Assembly: GCA_040400605.1 (NCBI GenBank)
Contig: JBBAPZ010000015.1
Location: 1-64,000 of the forward strand
From: Candidatus Sericytochromatia bacterium
GTDB taxonomy: Bacteria > Cyanobacteriota > Sericytochromatia > S15B-MN24 > JAQBPE01
DNA length: 64,000 nt
Direction of reading: 5' to 3'
How positions within the stretch are numbered: position 1 is the first letter of the stretch; every line of letters begins with the position of its first letter. The translations under genes were made by a program, and so were the position numbers. The notes beneath the pieces were generated by a model, which saw only the letters and a list, made by a program, of their open reading frames with translations, had not been told where the DNA came from and ran no database searches. Positions 49,083 through 59,525 of the stretch are shown in pieces.

Positions 49083-49772
49083 CTAGACCATCATCTCCCG
49101 CAACTTTCGCTCATCCCGCAAAGTCAAGCGATTCTTGTCCAGATGAATAATTCCGCGGTCGTGGTAATCCATCAACACCCGCGTCAAGGTCTCGCGACTG
49201 GTACCTGCCAAACTCGCAAGCTCCTGGCGTGTCATCGGGGATGTAAACACCACGCCCTCCGCGCCCGGAACACCGTGTTCCTTGCCAAGCTGCAGCAACA
49301 AGCGGGCAACACGGCCGGGTGCGCTCAAGAAGGCGAGGCTTTCCATGTTGCGATCCGCCGCACGCAAGCGCTGCGACAAGGTCACCAACAACTTCAGCGA
49401 AATATCGGGATTCGAACGCAACAAACTCAAAAAATCGTCCCGCTGGATCGTCACCATCTGCACATCATCCGCACAAATCGCCGACGCGGACCGAGGCTGC
49501 CCATCAATCAGCGACATCTCGCCAAACACATCCCCCTCATACAACACACCCAGAATGTGCTCCCGCCCATCATCGGCATTCACCACGATCTTCACTTTAC
49601 CGGACATGATCACGTAACAACTGACGCCAGGGTCATCCTCATAAAAAATGACATTCCCCTTTGGCATCGAGCGGGTGCGCGACAGCGCTGCAAGCTGCTC
49701 CAGCTCAGCAGGTTCAAAATCCGCAAATAGAGGCACGCTACGTAAAGCGACACCAAGATCCCGCGTCTGCAA
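49083..49772 (-). CDS. Crp/Fnr-family transcriptional regulator
   Basis: FGEMSLIDGQPRSASA cNMP pocket; TRQELASLAGTSRETLTR HTH. Confidence 0.93.
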   Translation of the reverse strand: MQTRDLGVALRSVPLFADFEPAELEQLAALSRTRSMPKGNVIFYEDDPGVSCYVIMSGKVKIVVNADDGREHILGVLYEGDVFGEMSLIDGQPRSASAICADDVQMVTIQRDDFLSLLRSNPDISLKLLVTLSQRLRAADRNMESLAFLSAPGRVARLLLQLGKEHGVPGAEGVVFTSPMTRQELASLAGTSRETLTRVLMDYHDRGIIHLDKNRLTLRDERKLREMMV

Positions 49773-49854
49773 GCCCCAGCCCCCCTCAGACCACACGGAC
49801 GATCAAAACGCGCTCATTGTAACACAATTGCCCAACCCGCCACGTGGATCCCCA

Positions 49855-50733
49855 TCACACACGGGGCGTCGCACCACGACCCGCCAGACGCAGCCACAAA
49901 TCCCGCTCCGCATCACTCAAATACTCAGGCAACTGCACCTGCAACTTAACCAGCAAAGACCCCCTGCCCGCGCCCTTCAGATGAGGGACCCCGCGATCCT
50001 TGATCCGCAACAAACGCCCCGGCTGACTAAAAGGCGGCACCTTCAGCCTCACCTCACCATCCAGCGTGGCAACCGTCACCTCACCGCCAAGCACCGCATC
50101 AAAAACCGACACGCCCTGCTCCACAATCAAGTCATCACCCTCCCGCACATAGCGGGGATGCGGACGCACCCGCACCTTCACGAACAAATCCCCCGGCCGC
50201 CCATCAGGACCCCTACCGCCCTCTTGCGCCACCCGTACTTTGTTACCGGTCGCAACACCCGCAGGAACCGGCACCTTCAAACGCTTGACACCCCCATCCG
50301 GCGCCGTCACCTCGACGTGCACCGTCGTGCCCGAAATTGCCTCAAGCAAACTGATCTCCGTCTCAACCTCCAACGGCGACGGTGGCTCTTTGCGACGCGC
50401 AGCCCCCGCCGCTTGCCCAAAAATGCCCTGCAACAAGTCATCCAAACCACCAAACGGACGCTGCGCCCCAAACCCGCCCGCATCAAAACCGCCAAAGCCG
50501 GACGACGCCCCGCCACGATGGGGATCGTAACGACCCGCGTCAAAGTCCGCGCGCTTCTGCGCGTCCCCAAGCACCTCATACGCTTCGGAAATCTGTTTGA
50601 AACGCTCCTCAGCGGCTTTATCGCCCGGGTTCGTATCCGGATGGTACTGACGCGCCAAGCGGCGATACGTCTTTTTAATCTCACTGTCTTTGGCCGTACG
50701 CGAGACACCGAGAATCTGATAATAATCCTTCAT
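49855..50733 (-). CDS. Type II J-domain protein (CbpA/DnaJ-like, no zinc finger)
   Basis: [20 protein letters not shown]-rich linker, GDLFV C-terminal domain. Confidence 0.93.
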   Translation of the reverse strand: MKDYYQILGVSRTAKDSEIKKTYRRLARQYHPDTNPGDKAAEERFKQISEAYEVLGDAQKRADFDAGRYDPHRGGASSGFGGFDAGGFGAQRPFGGLDDLLQGIFGQAAGAARRKEPPSPLEVETEISLLEAISGTTVHVEVTAPDGGVKRLKVPVPAGVATGNKVRVAQEGGRGPDGRPGDLFVKVRVRPHPRYVREGDDLIVEQGVSVFDAVLGGEVTVATLDGEVRLKVPPFSQPGRLLRIKDRGVPHLKGAGRGSLLVKLQVQLPEYLSDAERDLWLRLAGRGATPRV

Positions 50734-50761
50734 GCCCCATCGACTCCCTGGTCTATCCCCC

Positions 50762-50791
50762 AAAAAAAACCCCGACCAATCTGGCCGGGGC
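50762..50791 (-). terminator. Intrinsic terminator of the SRP RNA
   Basis: Minus strand CCCCGGCCA-GAT-TGGTCGGGG followed by a T run. Confidence 0.85.
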
Positions 50792-50800
50792 TAAAAAGCA

Positions 50801-50901
50801 GTGACCGGACTGACCCGCAACACCCACGAGAATCCGCTTATCGTTGCTCCCTTCCGGGCCTGGCGAGGTTCACAGCCTCATGCCGCACAGGGTCCGGCCA
50901 C
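50801..50901 (-). ncRNA. ffs: Small bacterial SRP RNA (4.5S)
   Basis: Domain IV signature CCAGGCCCGGAAGGGAGCAAC; complementary ends GTGGCCGGAC / GTCCGGTCAC; TG-T-TATGAT extended -10 at 50910-50918 and a downstream terminator. Confidence 0.92.
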
Positions 50902-51169
50902 CAATTCCCATCATAACACATCCGCTTCAAGCCTTGACGAGCAATCGGTACCAGCTGTCATAAAAAGACCAACCCCAAAAAAACCATCATAACGATCGCC
51001 AACCACGGGAAGTTCATTGGCAGCGCGCCTCGACCGAGGCGTTCGCCTGGCGCACAGTCAAACTTTGCAACAATTGTCGATCCGCAGCGGTTGAGTGACG
51101 CAGGTTGCCACTGTCACGGCGACCGGGTGCCAATAGCCACAGGAAACCGGAATGGTGTAGACTGACCTG

Positions 51170-52285
51170 TTGACGTGGCGCTTGGGGAAGATTGCGTTGA
51201 AACCTTGGCTTAACTCCATTGTGGCGGGTCTGATTGGCATCGGTATTGGTGTTTCAGTTGGCCCCAAGTCCGGTGATTTGCTTGCTTCGACGGCCTCACG
51301 GCAGCCGTCGCAACCCGCGAGCGTGGCGCGGGCACCAAGCGTGATGCTCGGCAGTGACACCATCGCGAACCTGGTGGAGCGGGTGGATGGCTCGGTGGTG
51401 AGCATTGATACGATCGCCCGGTCCGAGGTGGATCCGCTTTTCGGCCTTTTTTTTGGAGACAGTGTTCCACAAACGCAAGAGCAGCGTGGTGTGGGGTCCG
51501 GTTTTATTGTCGATGAATCCGGACTCATCGTGACCAACCACCACGTCATCCGTGAAGCCAACGAGATCTCCGTTGCGCTGGCGTCGGGACGTCGTTTGCA
51601 GGGACGTGTGGTGGGAAGCGACCCAGCCAATGATTTGGCGCTCATCAAGGTCAATGACAAAAATTTGCCGGCATTGCGTTTCGCGGCAGCCGAGCAGACA
51701 CGGGTGGGTGACTGGGTCCTGGCCATTGGCTCGCCGCTCGGGTTGTCACACACGGTCTCGGTGGGCATCGTCAGCGCCTTGAATCGCGGCATCGCCATCA
51801 GCGATCGCGTCAATTTCCTGCAAACCGATGCCGCCATCAACCCAGGCAACTCAGGTGGGCCCCTGCTCAACCTTCGCGGCGACGTCGTGGGCGTCAACAC
51901 GGCAGTCGCGACTCAAGGACAGGGCATCGGCTTTGCCATCCCCGCCTGGACCGCCCAAAACATCGTCAACCAGTTGCGCAGCAAAGGGCGCGTGCAGCGC
52001 AGTTGGCTCGGCGTGTCAATCCGGGACTTCGCACAAGACAATCTGACCGGGATTGCCGTGATGGCCACCGCACCGGGTGGTCCGGCGGAGAAAGGCGGTT
52101 TGCGTCCCGGGGATCTCATCATCGCGGTGGATGACCGTCCCGTCAAAAACAGCCGAGACCTGCTGAGCACCCTGAACGATCGCGCCGCCGGCATTACGGT
52201 TAAACTGACAATCATTCGCCAAGGCGTTCGTGACACCGTCAAGGTCGTCTTGCAAGCAGCACCAGGCAACTATCCCGAACGCTAG
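51170..52285 (+). CDS. HtrA/DegQ-family serine protease with one PDZ domain
   Basis: [37 protein letters not shown] motifs. Confidence 0.95.
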   Translation: MTWRLGKIALKPWLNSIVAGLIGIGIGVSVGPKSGDLLASTASRQPSQPASVARAPSVMLGSDTIANLVERVDGSVVSIDTIARSEVDPLFGLFFGDSVPQTQEQRGVGSGFIVDESGLIVTNHHVIREANEISVALASGRRLQGRVVGSDPANDLALIKVNDKNLPALRFAAAEQTRVGDWVLAIGSPLGLSHTVSVGIVSALNRGIAISDRVNFLQTDAAINPGNSGGPLLNLRGDVVGVNTAVATQGQGIGFAIPAWTAQNIVNQLRSKGRVQRSWLGVSIRDFAQDNLTGIAVMATAPGGPAEKGGLRPGDLIIAVDDRPVKNSRDLLSTLNDRAAGITVKLTIIRQGVRDTVKVVLQAAPGNYPER

Positions 52286-52316
52286 ACGTCACCAGACAGG
52301 AGCTTCGTTGGTATCA

Positions 52317-53201
52317 ATGCATTACAAAGGCATCATTTTGGCAGGCGGCTCTGGCACACGCCTGCACCCGTTAACCAGGGTTCAGAGCAAACAGTTGCTG
52401 CCCGTCTACGATAAACCGATGATTTATTATCCTTTGTCAACCCTGATGCTCTCGGGCATTCGGGAGATCTTGATCATCACGACACCGCAAGACCGGCAAG
52501 CCTTTGAGAACCTTTTGGGCAACGGGGAGCAGTGGGGCATTCAACTTTCGTACGCCACGCAGCCGCGCCCGGAGGGACTGGCGCAGGCGTTCTTGATCGG
52601 CGAGCACTTTATCGGAAACAACCCGGTCTGCCTGATTTTGGGAGACAACATTTTTTACGGAGACAATCTGTCGGAACTGCTGCAAGGAGCAACCAGGCGC
52701 ACGCAAGGCGCGACGGTTTTTGGATACTACGTGCGGGACCCCGAGCGTTACGGGGTTGTGAGCTTTGATGCGGCGGGCCGAGCGGTGAGCATCGAAGAAA
52801 AGCCAAGCAAGCCACGGAGTCACTACGCAGTGACCGGGCTGTATTTTTATGATGCCAACGTGGTCGAGGTGGCCCGTGGCATTCGACCCTCTGAACGTGG
52901 AGAGCTTGAAATCACGGATGTCAATCGGGCGTATCTTGAAGCGGGCACCTTGCAGGTGGAGTTATTGAGTCGCGGGTTTGCGTGGCTGGACACCGGAACC
53001 ATCGACTCGTTGCTGGATGCGGCCAATTTCATTCAGGTCGTGGAGGCGCGCCAGGGCCTTAAAATCAGTTGCCCTGAAGAAATCGCGTACCGCATGGGCT
53101 ACATTGATGCAGCCCAACTCGAAGCACTGGCGACACCGCTGGCAAAAAGTGGCTACGGCGCCTACTTGCGCAACTTGTTGACCATGGAGTCTTGCACGTG
53201 A
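52317..53201 (+). CDS. rfbA: Glucose-1-phosphate thymidylyltransferase
   Basis: [37 protein letters not shown] motifs. Confidence 0.97.
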   Translation: MHYKGIILAGGSGTRLHPLTRVQSKQLLPVYDKPMIYYPLSTLMLSGIREILIITTPQDRQAFENLLGNGEQWGIQLSYATQPRPEGLAQAFLIGEHFIGNNPVCLILGDNIFYGDNLSELLQGATRRTQGATVFGYYVRDPERYGVVSFDAAGRAVSIEEKPSKPRSHYAVTGLYFYDANVVEVARGIRPSERGELEITDVNRAYLEAGTLQVELLSRGFAWLDTGTIDSLLDAANFIQVVEARQGLKISCPEEIAYRMGYIDAAQLEALATPLAKSGYGAYLRNLLTMESCT

Positions 53202-53755
53202 ACATCACGCAAACCAAGCTTCCCGGGGTTTGGCTGTTGCAGCCCCTTGTACACGGGGATGAACGCGGCTTTTTCTTGGAGTCGTTCAGGGCCGACCACC
53301 TGCGTGCGGCGGGCATTCCCGACACCTTCGCTCAAGCCAACCAGAGCCGTTCCCGTGGCGGCGTCTTGCGCGGCATGCACTACCAGTTGCGACGGCCGCA
53401 AGGGAAGCTGGTCAAAGTGACGCGTGGGACAGTCTATGACGTGGCGGTGGATATCCGGCGCGGCTCGCCGCATTTTGGGAAATGGTACGGCCATGTGTTG
53501 GATGATCGCAAGCACGAGATGCTTTACATTCCGCCGGGCTTCGCCCACGGCTTTTGTGTCTTGGGTGACGAGGCGGATTTCGTTTATCAATGCACGGATT
53601 ATTATGACGCGGGTTCGGAATACGGGATTGCGTGGGATGACCCGGATCTTGCGATCGCCTGGCCGGACCTTCAGGTGCAGTTATCCGCCAAAGACCGTCT
53701 GCATCCACGACTCGCGCTGCAAAACCCTGAGCATCTGCCGGAGTTTCGGGCGTGA
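53198..53755 (+). CDS. rfbC: dTDP-4-dehydrorhamnose 3,5-epimerase
   Basis: [37 protein letters not shown] motifs. Confidence 0.96.
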   Translation: MNITQTKLPGVWLLQPLVHGDERGFFLESFRADHLRAAGIPDTFAQANQSRSRGGVLRGMHYQLRRPQGKLVKVTRGTVYDVAVDIRRGSPHFGKWYGHVLDDRKHEMLYIPPGFAHGFCVLGDEADFVYQCTDYYDAGSEYGIAWDDPDLAIAWPDLQVQLSAKDRLHPRLALQNPEHLPEFRA

Positions 53756-53956
53756 GTGGGCACGGCACTTGCCCATCACCGCCCCCTTCGTCTCGCTGGC
53801 ACCGTGCGCCACGGATGACGACGGAGTCGGGTGGGCCACCTGCCGCAGTGCGGCGGATGGTTGACACGGTGCAACGCGCGGTCCGGTTGGGGTTGGAAAC
53901 GGCTTTTTGTTTTTCAGCAGCACGGCGTGACACCTGTGCACGAAGGAGGTAGGCAC

Positions 53957-54958
53957 ATGCGCATTCTGGTCACCGGCGGCGCCGGTTTTATTGGGTCAAA
54001 TTTCGTCCATCATATGCGGCGTCATCATCCGGAATGTTCGTTGCTGGTGCTGGATGCGCTGACCTACGCGGGGAACCTGGCCAATTTGCAATCCTTGGCG
54101 CACGATCCGGGTTTTGAATTTGTGCACGGTGACATTTTGGATGAAGTGGTGGTTGAAGCGTGTATGCGCCGGGTGGATGCGGTGGTGCATTTTGCTGCGG
54201 AGAGTCATGTTGATCGCTCGCTAAGCGGTCCCCAGGCATTTGTCAAAACAAACGTCGAGGGAAGCTTGGTGTTGCTGGAAGCGGCGCGCCGGCATGCGAT
54301 CCGTCGTTTCGTGCAAGTGAGCACGGATGAAGTGTACGGGTCATTGGGGCCAACGGGCCTGTTCAGTGAGGCGTCACCGCTCGCTGCCAATTCGCCGTAT
54401 TCGGCATCGAAAGCGTCGGCTGACTTGATGGCGCGGGCGTATCATGAAAGTTTCGGCCTGCCGGTGCTGATTACACGGTGTTCCAACAATTATGGGCCTT
54501 ATCAGTTTCCGGAGAAGCTGATCCCGCTGTTTATCACAAACGCGCTGCACGATGAGGGCCTGCCGGTGTATGGCGATGGTTTGAACGTGCGTGATTGGTT
54601 GCATGTAGAGGACCATTGCGACGCGGTGAAGCGGGTGTTGTTTGAGGGACGAGCGGGCGACGTTTATAACATCGGGGGACATAACGAGCGGACGAATATC
54701 GAAATCACCGAAGCCATTTTGGCGGCGTTGGACAAGCCGCGAACATTGATGCGTTATGTGGCAGACCGTCCGGGGCATGACAGGCGGTATGCCATTGACG
54801 CACAAAAAATTCGCACCGAGCTTGGCTGGCAGCCACAATACACCTTCGAGACCGGTCTGGCCGCGACGATCACGTGGTACCAACACAATCGGGATTGGTG
54901 GTTGCCTCTGCGCACGCAGGCCGTCGAAGTCCAGCGAGCCGCCGCCAACCGGGCCTGA
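53957..54958 (+). CDS. rfbB: dTDP-glucose 4,6-dehydratase
   Basis: TGGAGFIGSN, HFAAESHVDRS, STDEVYG, YSASK, DRPGHD.RY; AAGGAGG SD. Confidence 0.97.
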   Translation: MRILVTGGAGFIGSNFVHHMRRHHPECSLLVLDALTYAGNLANLQSLAHDPGFEFVHGDILDEVVVEACMRRVDAVVHFAAESHVDRSLSGPQAFVKTNVEGSLVLLEAARRHAIRRFVQVSTDEVYGSLGPTGLFSEASPLAANSPYSASKASADLMARAYHESFGLPVLITRCSNNYGPYQFPEKLIPLFITNALHDEGLPVYGDGLNVRDWLHVEDHCDAVKRVLFEGRAGDVYNIGGHNERTNIEITEAILAALDKPRTLMRYVADRPGHDRRYAIDAQKIRTELGWQPQYTFETGLAATITWYQHNRDWWLPLRTQAVEVQRAAANRA

Positions 54959-55220
54959 ATGACCAGGTTGTTGGTGGCGAAGGCGTCCCCAACAACCTCC
55001 AACGGACTGGTTCCAAGACTTGTCGAACCATCATGAAAGCGGATCACACCCCCAGCACGACGGTGAACGTGTTTGGCAACTGCTTGGGGCATACGCGGTC
55101 AGGGTTGATTTTGTGAGTCAGATTCGTTTTGATGACGAGACGAGGATCAGGTTTCCAGAATTTTGCACGCTAAACGGTCGAGCACCCGTGCTGGTGATGA
55201 TCACAGAAAGATGTTGAACG

Positions 55221-58004
55221 GTGATGTCGCAATTGAAACGCCTGATCCTGATTGATGGCCACGCGCTGGCTTACCGCGCCCATTTTGCGCTTTTCACCAA
55301 GGGGTTTAGCACGAAAGATGGGCAGCCCACCGGGGCCATCTATGGTTTTACCAAGATGTTGATCGATTGCATCGGGGCGTGGCGTCCGGATTGTTTGGCG
55401 GTGGCTTTTGACCGGGCGGCTCCGACGTTCAGGCATGAAGCGTATGATGCGTACAAGGCGCATCGGGCGCCGATGCCGGATGATCTTCAAAGTCAGATGG
55501 AGCCGATTCGAGAGGTGGTGCGTGCCTTTGAGATTCCGATCTTTGAGCTGGATGGTTACGAAGCGGATGATGTGATTGGCACGATTTCCAGACAGGCTTT
55601 CGAGCAGGGTCTGGAGGTGTTGATTCTGACAGGCGATCGCGATGCGTTTCAACTGGTAAAAGAGCACGTCAAGGTAGTGATGCCCAGTGCGGGTGTGAGT
55701 GACCTCGCGGTGTTCGGCCCTGATGAGGTGTTGCAGAAAATGGGGGTGTCCCCTGACCAGATCCCGGATCTCAAGGGTCTGATGGGGGACAAGTCCGACA
55801 ACATCCCCGGGGTGCCGGGCATCGGCGAAAAGGGTGCGGTCAAACTGTTGAGCGAGTATGGCACGGTAAAAAACGTTTACGACCAGTTGGATGGCATCAA
55901 GGGCAAGCTGGGCGAGCGGTTGCGTGAGGGGGCGGAGCTTGCGCGACTGAGCGTCGAACTGGCGACGATTGACCAACACGTGCCGCTCACGGTCGATTGG
56001 CGCGCATGCGAACTGAATCGACCGGATGAGCCAAGTGTAAGGGCAGTTTTGACGCGTTTTGAGTTTAACAGCATTTTGCGTCAGTTGCCGCGGGTGCTGG
56101 GGTTGTTTAAAGGTGACGCACCGGAACAAATGGGGTTGTTCGCAGCGAATGACGGGGTTGAGGCGGGGGATCCACCCCCGGATTCGCCCGCGCGCCCTTT
56201 GGCGATCAACCCGATAGTGGTGGATGACCAAGCCACCTTGGACCAATTGGGTCAGGCATTGGCGGATGCGGACTGTTTCAGTTTTGATTGTGAGACAGAT
56301 GGTTTGCAATCGACGCGCTGCAATCTGGTTGGTTTAGCAATCGCCACAGGGGGGCCCACGGTTGAAACCTGTCAGACCTTCTACATCCCGGTTGGTCACC
56401 TCAGTGGCGTACAACTTCCTTGGGAAGCTTCGTTGGCGGTACTGCAGGGCCCATTTGCGGATCCTGGCAAAACGCGCCTGGCGCACAATGCCAAGTTCGA
56501 CCTCAATGTATTGAGCCGGCATGAGCTCAACCGCGTGGGTGTCACCTTTGACACGATGCTCGCGGATTATCTGGTGCACTCGGGGCGCAGCCACGGGCTC
56601 AAGTCGTTGGCCAAGGAGTTGCTCGGGTATGAGATGACGTCCATTGACCACCTGATTGGCAAAGGCGCCAAGGCCATCACGATGGCGCGCGTGCCCATTG
56701 GGCAGGCGGCGCCGTATGCGGCGGCGGATGTCGCGGTAACCGTTGAGCTTTGGCATCATCTCAAACCGCAACTGGATGCCCAGAATCAGACGCGGTTGTT
56801 TCTGGAACTGGAAACGCCCTTGATTCCTGTGTTGATGGATATGGAGCAGCACGGCGTCAAACTGGATGTGGACTGTTTGAATCAGTTGAGCGTTCAGATG
56901 GGCGATCGCCTGCAAGAACTGGAGACGCGCATTCACGAATTGGCGGAAACGCCCTTTAACATCGCATCGACGCGCCAATTAGGACAGGTATTGTTTGAGA
57001 AACTGGGTCTGCCGGTGTTGAAGCGGAACAAGAGTGGGCCCAGCACCGATGCGGAAGTGTTGGAGGAATTGGCGCCGCAGCATGCGATCGTCGCCCTGAT
57101 TCTGGAATATCGACAACTCGGCAAACTGAAGAGCACGTATGTGGACGCGTTGCCTGCGCTGGTGGACCCGGTGACGCAGCGGGTACACACCTCGTATCAG
57201 CAAACGGTGGCGGCAACGGGGCGTTTGAGTTCGACGGACCCCAACTTGCAAAACATTCCGATCCGTACGGACTTGGGGCGCGAAATCCGCAAGGCTTTCG
57301 TGCCGAGTGTGCCAGGGCGCGTGATCCTCTCCGCGGATTATTCGCAAATCGAGTTGCGCATTTTGGCGCACTTCACGGAAGATCCATCGTTTGTCGCTGC
57401 CTTTTTGGCGGACGAAGACATTCACGCGGTGACGGCGAGTGAAATTTTCGGTGTACCGCTCGATGCGGTGACCACCGAGATGCGCAGGCGCGCCAAGACC
57501 ACCAATTTTGGCGTGATTTACGGACAGACGGATTTTGGGCTGGCAAAAAAATTAATGATTTCGCGCGCGGACGCGCGCCAATTCATCACCACATTCAATG
57601 CGCGCTATCCGGGCATTCAGGCGTATATGCACGAAAGCATCGTGAAAGCGCGTCAAAAGGGGTACGCAGAAACCCTGCTGGGGCGCAGGCGCCCCTTGCC
57701 GGAGGTCAAGAGCCCGAATCGACAGTTGCGGGAGTTGGGGGAACGGATGGCTATCAACACCCCGATCCAGGGCAGTTCGGCTGACATCATCAAAGTGGCG
57801 ATGATCCGACTTGAAGCGCAGTTAAAAGACCTACCGTGCCAATTGTTGCTGCAGGTGCATGACGAATTGGTGTTCGAGGTGGCCACTGAGGCCGTCGAAG
57901 AGGTGTCAAGGCGGGTCCGCAACGTCATGGCGCACGCGTACCCCTTGCGTGTGCCACTCAAAGTTGACATCCACACCGGCGCAACATGGATGGATGCAAA
58001 ATAA
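55221..58004 (+). CDS. polA: DNA polymerase I with apparently intact 3'-5' exonuclease motifs
   Basis: 5' nuclease (LIDGH, EADD, GDKSDNIPGV); exo motifs DCE, NAKFD, YAAAD; polymerase motifs TGRLSS, DYSQIELR, QVHDEL. Confidence 0.98.
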   Translation: MMSQLKRLILIDGHALAYRAHFALFTKGFSTKDGQPTGAIYGFTKMLIDCIGAWRPDCLAVAFDRAAPTFRHEAYDAYKAHRAPMPDDLQSQMEPIREVVRAFEIPIFELDGYEADDVIGTISRQAFEQGLEVLILTGDRDAFQLVKEHVKVVMPSAGVSDLAVFGPDEVLQKMGVSPDQIPDLKGLMGDKSDNIPGVPGIGEKGAVKLLSEYGTVKNVYDQLDGIKGKLGERLREGAELARLSVELATIDQHVPLTVDWRACELNRPDEPSVRAVLTRFEFNSILRQLPRVLGLFKGDAPEQMGLFAANDGVEAGDPPPDSPARPLAINPIVVDDQATLDQLGQALADADCFSFDCETDGLQSTRCNLVGLAIATGGPTVETCQTFYIPVGHLSGVQLPWEASLAVLQGPFADPGKTRLAHNAKFDLNVLSRHELNRVGVTFDTMLADYLVHSGRSHGLKSLAKELLGYEMTSIDHLIGKGAKAITMARVPIGQAAPYAAADVAVTVELWHHLKPQLDAQNQTRLFLELETPLIPVLMDMEQHGVKLDVDCLNQLSVQMGDRLQELETRIHELAETPFNIASTRQLGQVLFEKLGLPVLKRNKSGPSTDAEVLEELAPQHAIVALILEYRQLGKLKSTYVDALPALVDPVTQRVHTSYQQTVAATGRLSSTDPNLQNIPIRTDLGREIRKAFVPSVPGRVILSADYSQIELRILAHFTEDPSFVAAFLADEDIHAVTASEIFGVPLDAVTTEMRRRAKTTNFGVIYGQTDFGLAKKLMISRADARQFITTFNARYPGIQAYMHESIVKARQKGYAETLLGRRRPLPEVKSPNRQLRELGERMAINTPIQGSSADIIKVAMIRLEAQLKDLPCQLLLQVHDELVFEVATEAVEEVSRRVRNVMAHAYPLRVPLKVDIHTGATWMDAK

Positions 58005-58030
58005 AGGGGCAAGTGTTCGGATGGCAGCCC

Positions 58031-58058
58031 TCAAGTTCGCTCTCAGATCAGCCGATAG
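58031..58058 (+). promoter_or_regulatory. Sigma28-type promoter upstream of flaG
   Basis: TCAAG-N15-GCCGATAG. Confidence 0.7.
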
Positions 58059-58106
58059 TACAAGCAGAATGCGACCCAGGGCGTTGAGTAAAAAAGGGGG
58101 CACGCC

Positions 58107-58541
58107 GTGAGCCTATCAAGCACACCCATTGGCCAGGTGACGGAATTACAATCCAAGGCCAAAATGCTGCAGACCAAGGTAGCGAGTTCCGCTGAGGCCA
58201 AGTCTGTACAGACCAATGTGGCGCCTGCGACTGAAACCCGCAAGGAGTCGGGCGTTGCTGCGGCCAATGACGCATCCAGGTCGTCCAGGAACGACGAACG
58301 GGATTCGGAAGAACGCCAGCAGTTGGTTGAACGCGAAGTATCGTTGATGAACGAAGGCCTCAAACGTGCGGATGATCACCTCAAATTTTCAGTCCACAAA
58401 GAGACCGGGCGTGTCATTGTGCGCCTGGTGGATGATGAATCCGGTGAAGTGTTGCGTGAAATCCCGTCAGAAAAATTCTTGAACATGGTGGTGCATTTGC
58501 AGGAGTCACTGTCTGGCGCACAAGTCGATGTGACCTTGTAG
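58107..58541 (+). CDS. flaG: FlaG family protein
   Basis: LKFSVHKETGRVIVRLVD.ESGEVLREIPSE motif. Confidence 0.92.
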   Translation: MSLSSTPIGQVTELQSKAKMLQTKVASSAEAKSVQTNVAPATETRKESGVAAANDASRSSRNDERDSEERQQLVEREVSLMNEGLKRADDHLKFSVHKETGRVIVRLVDDESGEVLREIPSEKFLNMVVHLQESLSGAQVDVTL

Positions 58542-58566
58542 ATCGCGGATTGGAAGGAGAGACGTC

Positions 58567-58962
58567 GTGAACAACAACGTATTTCAGTCGTACCAAGAAG
58601 CCAATCTGGAGACGGCCAGTCCTGGCCGGCTGTTGCTGATGCTCTATGATGGGGCGATACGCTTCTTGGTGCAGGCGCAGCAAAGTATGGAGGAGCGACG
58701 CTGGCAAGATGCGCACAACTTCATTTTGAAGGCGGAAGACGTCATCACCGAATTGATGTCCAGCCTGAAAATGGAGGTGGGAGAAATCTCAAACAATCTG
58801 TTCAGCCTATACGAGTATATGAACTGGCGTTTGATTCAGGGCAACATCAAACGTGATGTCACGATGATTGTCGAGGTGCAGGGATACTTGCGCGACTTGC
58901 GCAGCGCCTGGGCCGAAGCAGTCCGCAAAACATCAACCCAATTGCCGCAAACAGCCCAGTAA
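58567..58962 (+). CDS. fliS: Flagellin chaperone FliS
   Basis: YQ...TASP.RLLLMLYDGAI, NL.SLYEYM, LR.AW motifs. Confidence 0.95.
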   Translation: MNNNVFQSYQEANLETASPGRLLLMLYDGAIRFLVQAQQSMEERRWQDAHNFILKAEDVITELMSSLKMEVGEISNNLFSLYEYMNWRLIQGNIKRDVTMIVEVQGYLRDLRSAWAEAVRKTSTQLPQTAQ

Positions 58963-58965
58963 ACG

Positions 58966-59346
58966 ATGGCCGGCTTGCGGTCGTTGGAAGATGCCTATCA
59001 AGCCCTGCTTGACGTCTGTCTCTCTCAAGAGCAGGCGTTGAAGCGTTTAGACGTGGATGAATGGCTTGCGTTAATGGCGGCGCGTGACGGGTGCTTCGCG
59101 CACGTCGAAGCCTGTCAGGCGGCTTGTCAAGCTGAGTGGCAAGCCGCGGACGAAGCGGGGCGCGGCGAGGTGCGGCGGTTGATCGCAACGATAATGGCTA
59201 CGGATGCGCGGATGCAGATGCCGTTGCAGCACGTCTTGGCAGACATGGCCAAAGACCTTGCCCACATTCAGCGCGGGGGCTCCGCCTTGAGCGCCTATCA
59301 GGCAGGCGCGACGCCGGATGCTTTGTTCATGGATCAAAGCGGTTGA
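58966..59346 (+). CDS. FliT-like helical chaperone
   Basis: Helical 126-aa protein directly after fliS, C-terminal Y.......FMD; call is mostly positional. Confidence 0.55.
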   Translation: MAGLRSLEDAYQALLDVCLSQEQALKRLDVDEWLALMAARDGCFAHVEACQAACQAEWQAADEAGRGEVRRLIATIMATDARMQMPLQHVLADMAKDLAHIQRGGSALSAYQAGATPDALFMDQSG

Positions 59347-59418
59347 GTGCGTGATTGGCGGACGGGTAGCAAGGTTGGGAACGAAGCGGGCGATAAAGGG
59401 TAATTATAGTCAATTTCC

Positions 59419-59447
59419 TTTACGCTTCCAGACAGCCTTGCTAAGAT
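59419..59447 (+). promoter_or_regulatory. Sigma70-type promoter of the flgB operon
   Basis: TTTACG-N17-TAAGAT with an extended TG. Confidence 0.6.
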
Positions 59448-59525
59448 AAGACCGGTCACCCGTCAGTACGTGGGTGATGTTGAGGTCTTAAACGAAAGCG
59501 GGCGTCGGTCGCTTTTCAAGAAAGT

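Larger units (their letters stand above)
5723..56909. repeat. Dispersed HIP1 octamer GCGATCGC (at least 33 copies counted by eye)
   Basis: Starts at 5723, 8324, 9016, 9423, 9845, 9945, 10498, 10570, 10927, 11428, 14274, 18046, 18988, 20035, 23701, 25315, 25961, 28803, 30404, 34044, 35190, 38764, 39244, 41931, 44732, 45945, 46123, 47512, 48707, 51801, 53651, 55633, 56902. Confidence 0.8.

Noticed and set aside
50762..50901. Riboswitch or attenuator upstream of the J-domain gene
   Set aside because: The leader-plus-terminator is explained by the SRP RNA gene.
49648..50916. 422-aa plus-strand ORF
   Set aside because: Antisense to the crp-like gene, the J-domain gene and the SRP RNA.
51058..51900. 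280-aa minus-strand ORF
   Set aside because: Antisense shadow of the HtrA protease.
59450..59525. c-di-GMP riboswitch before flgB
   Set aside because: Two small hairpins are present but the GEMM conserved motifs are not.
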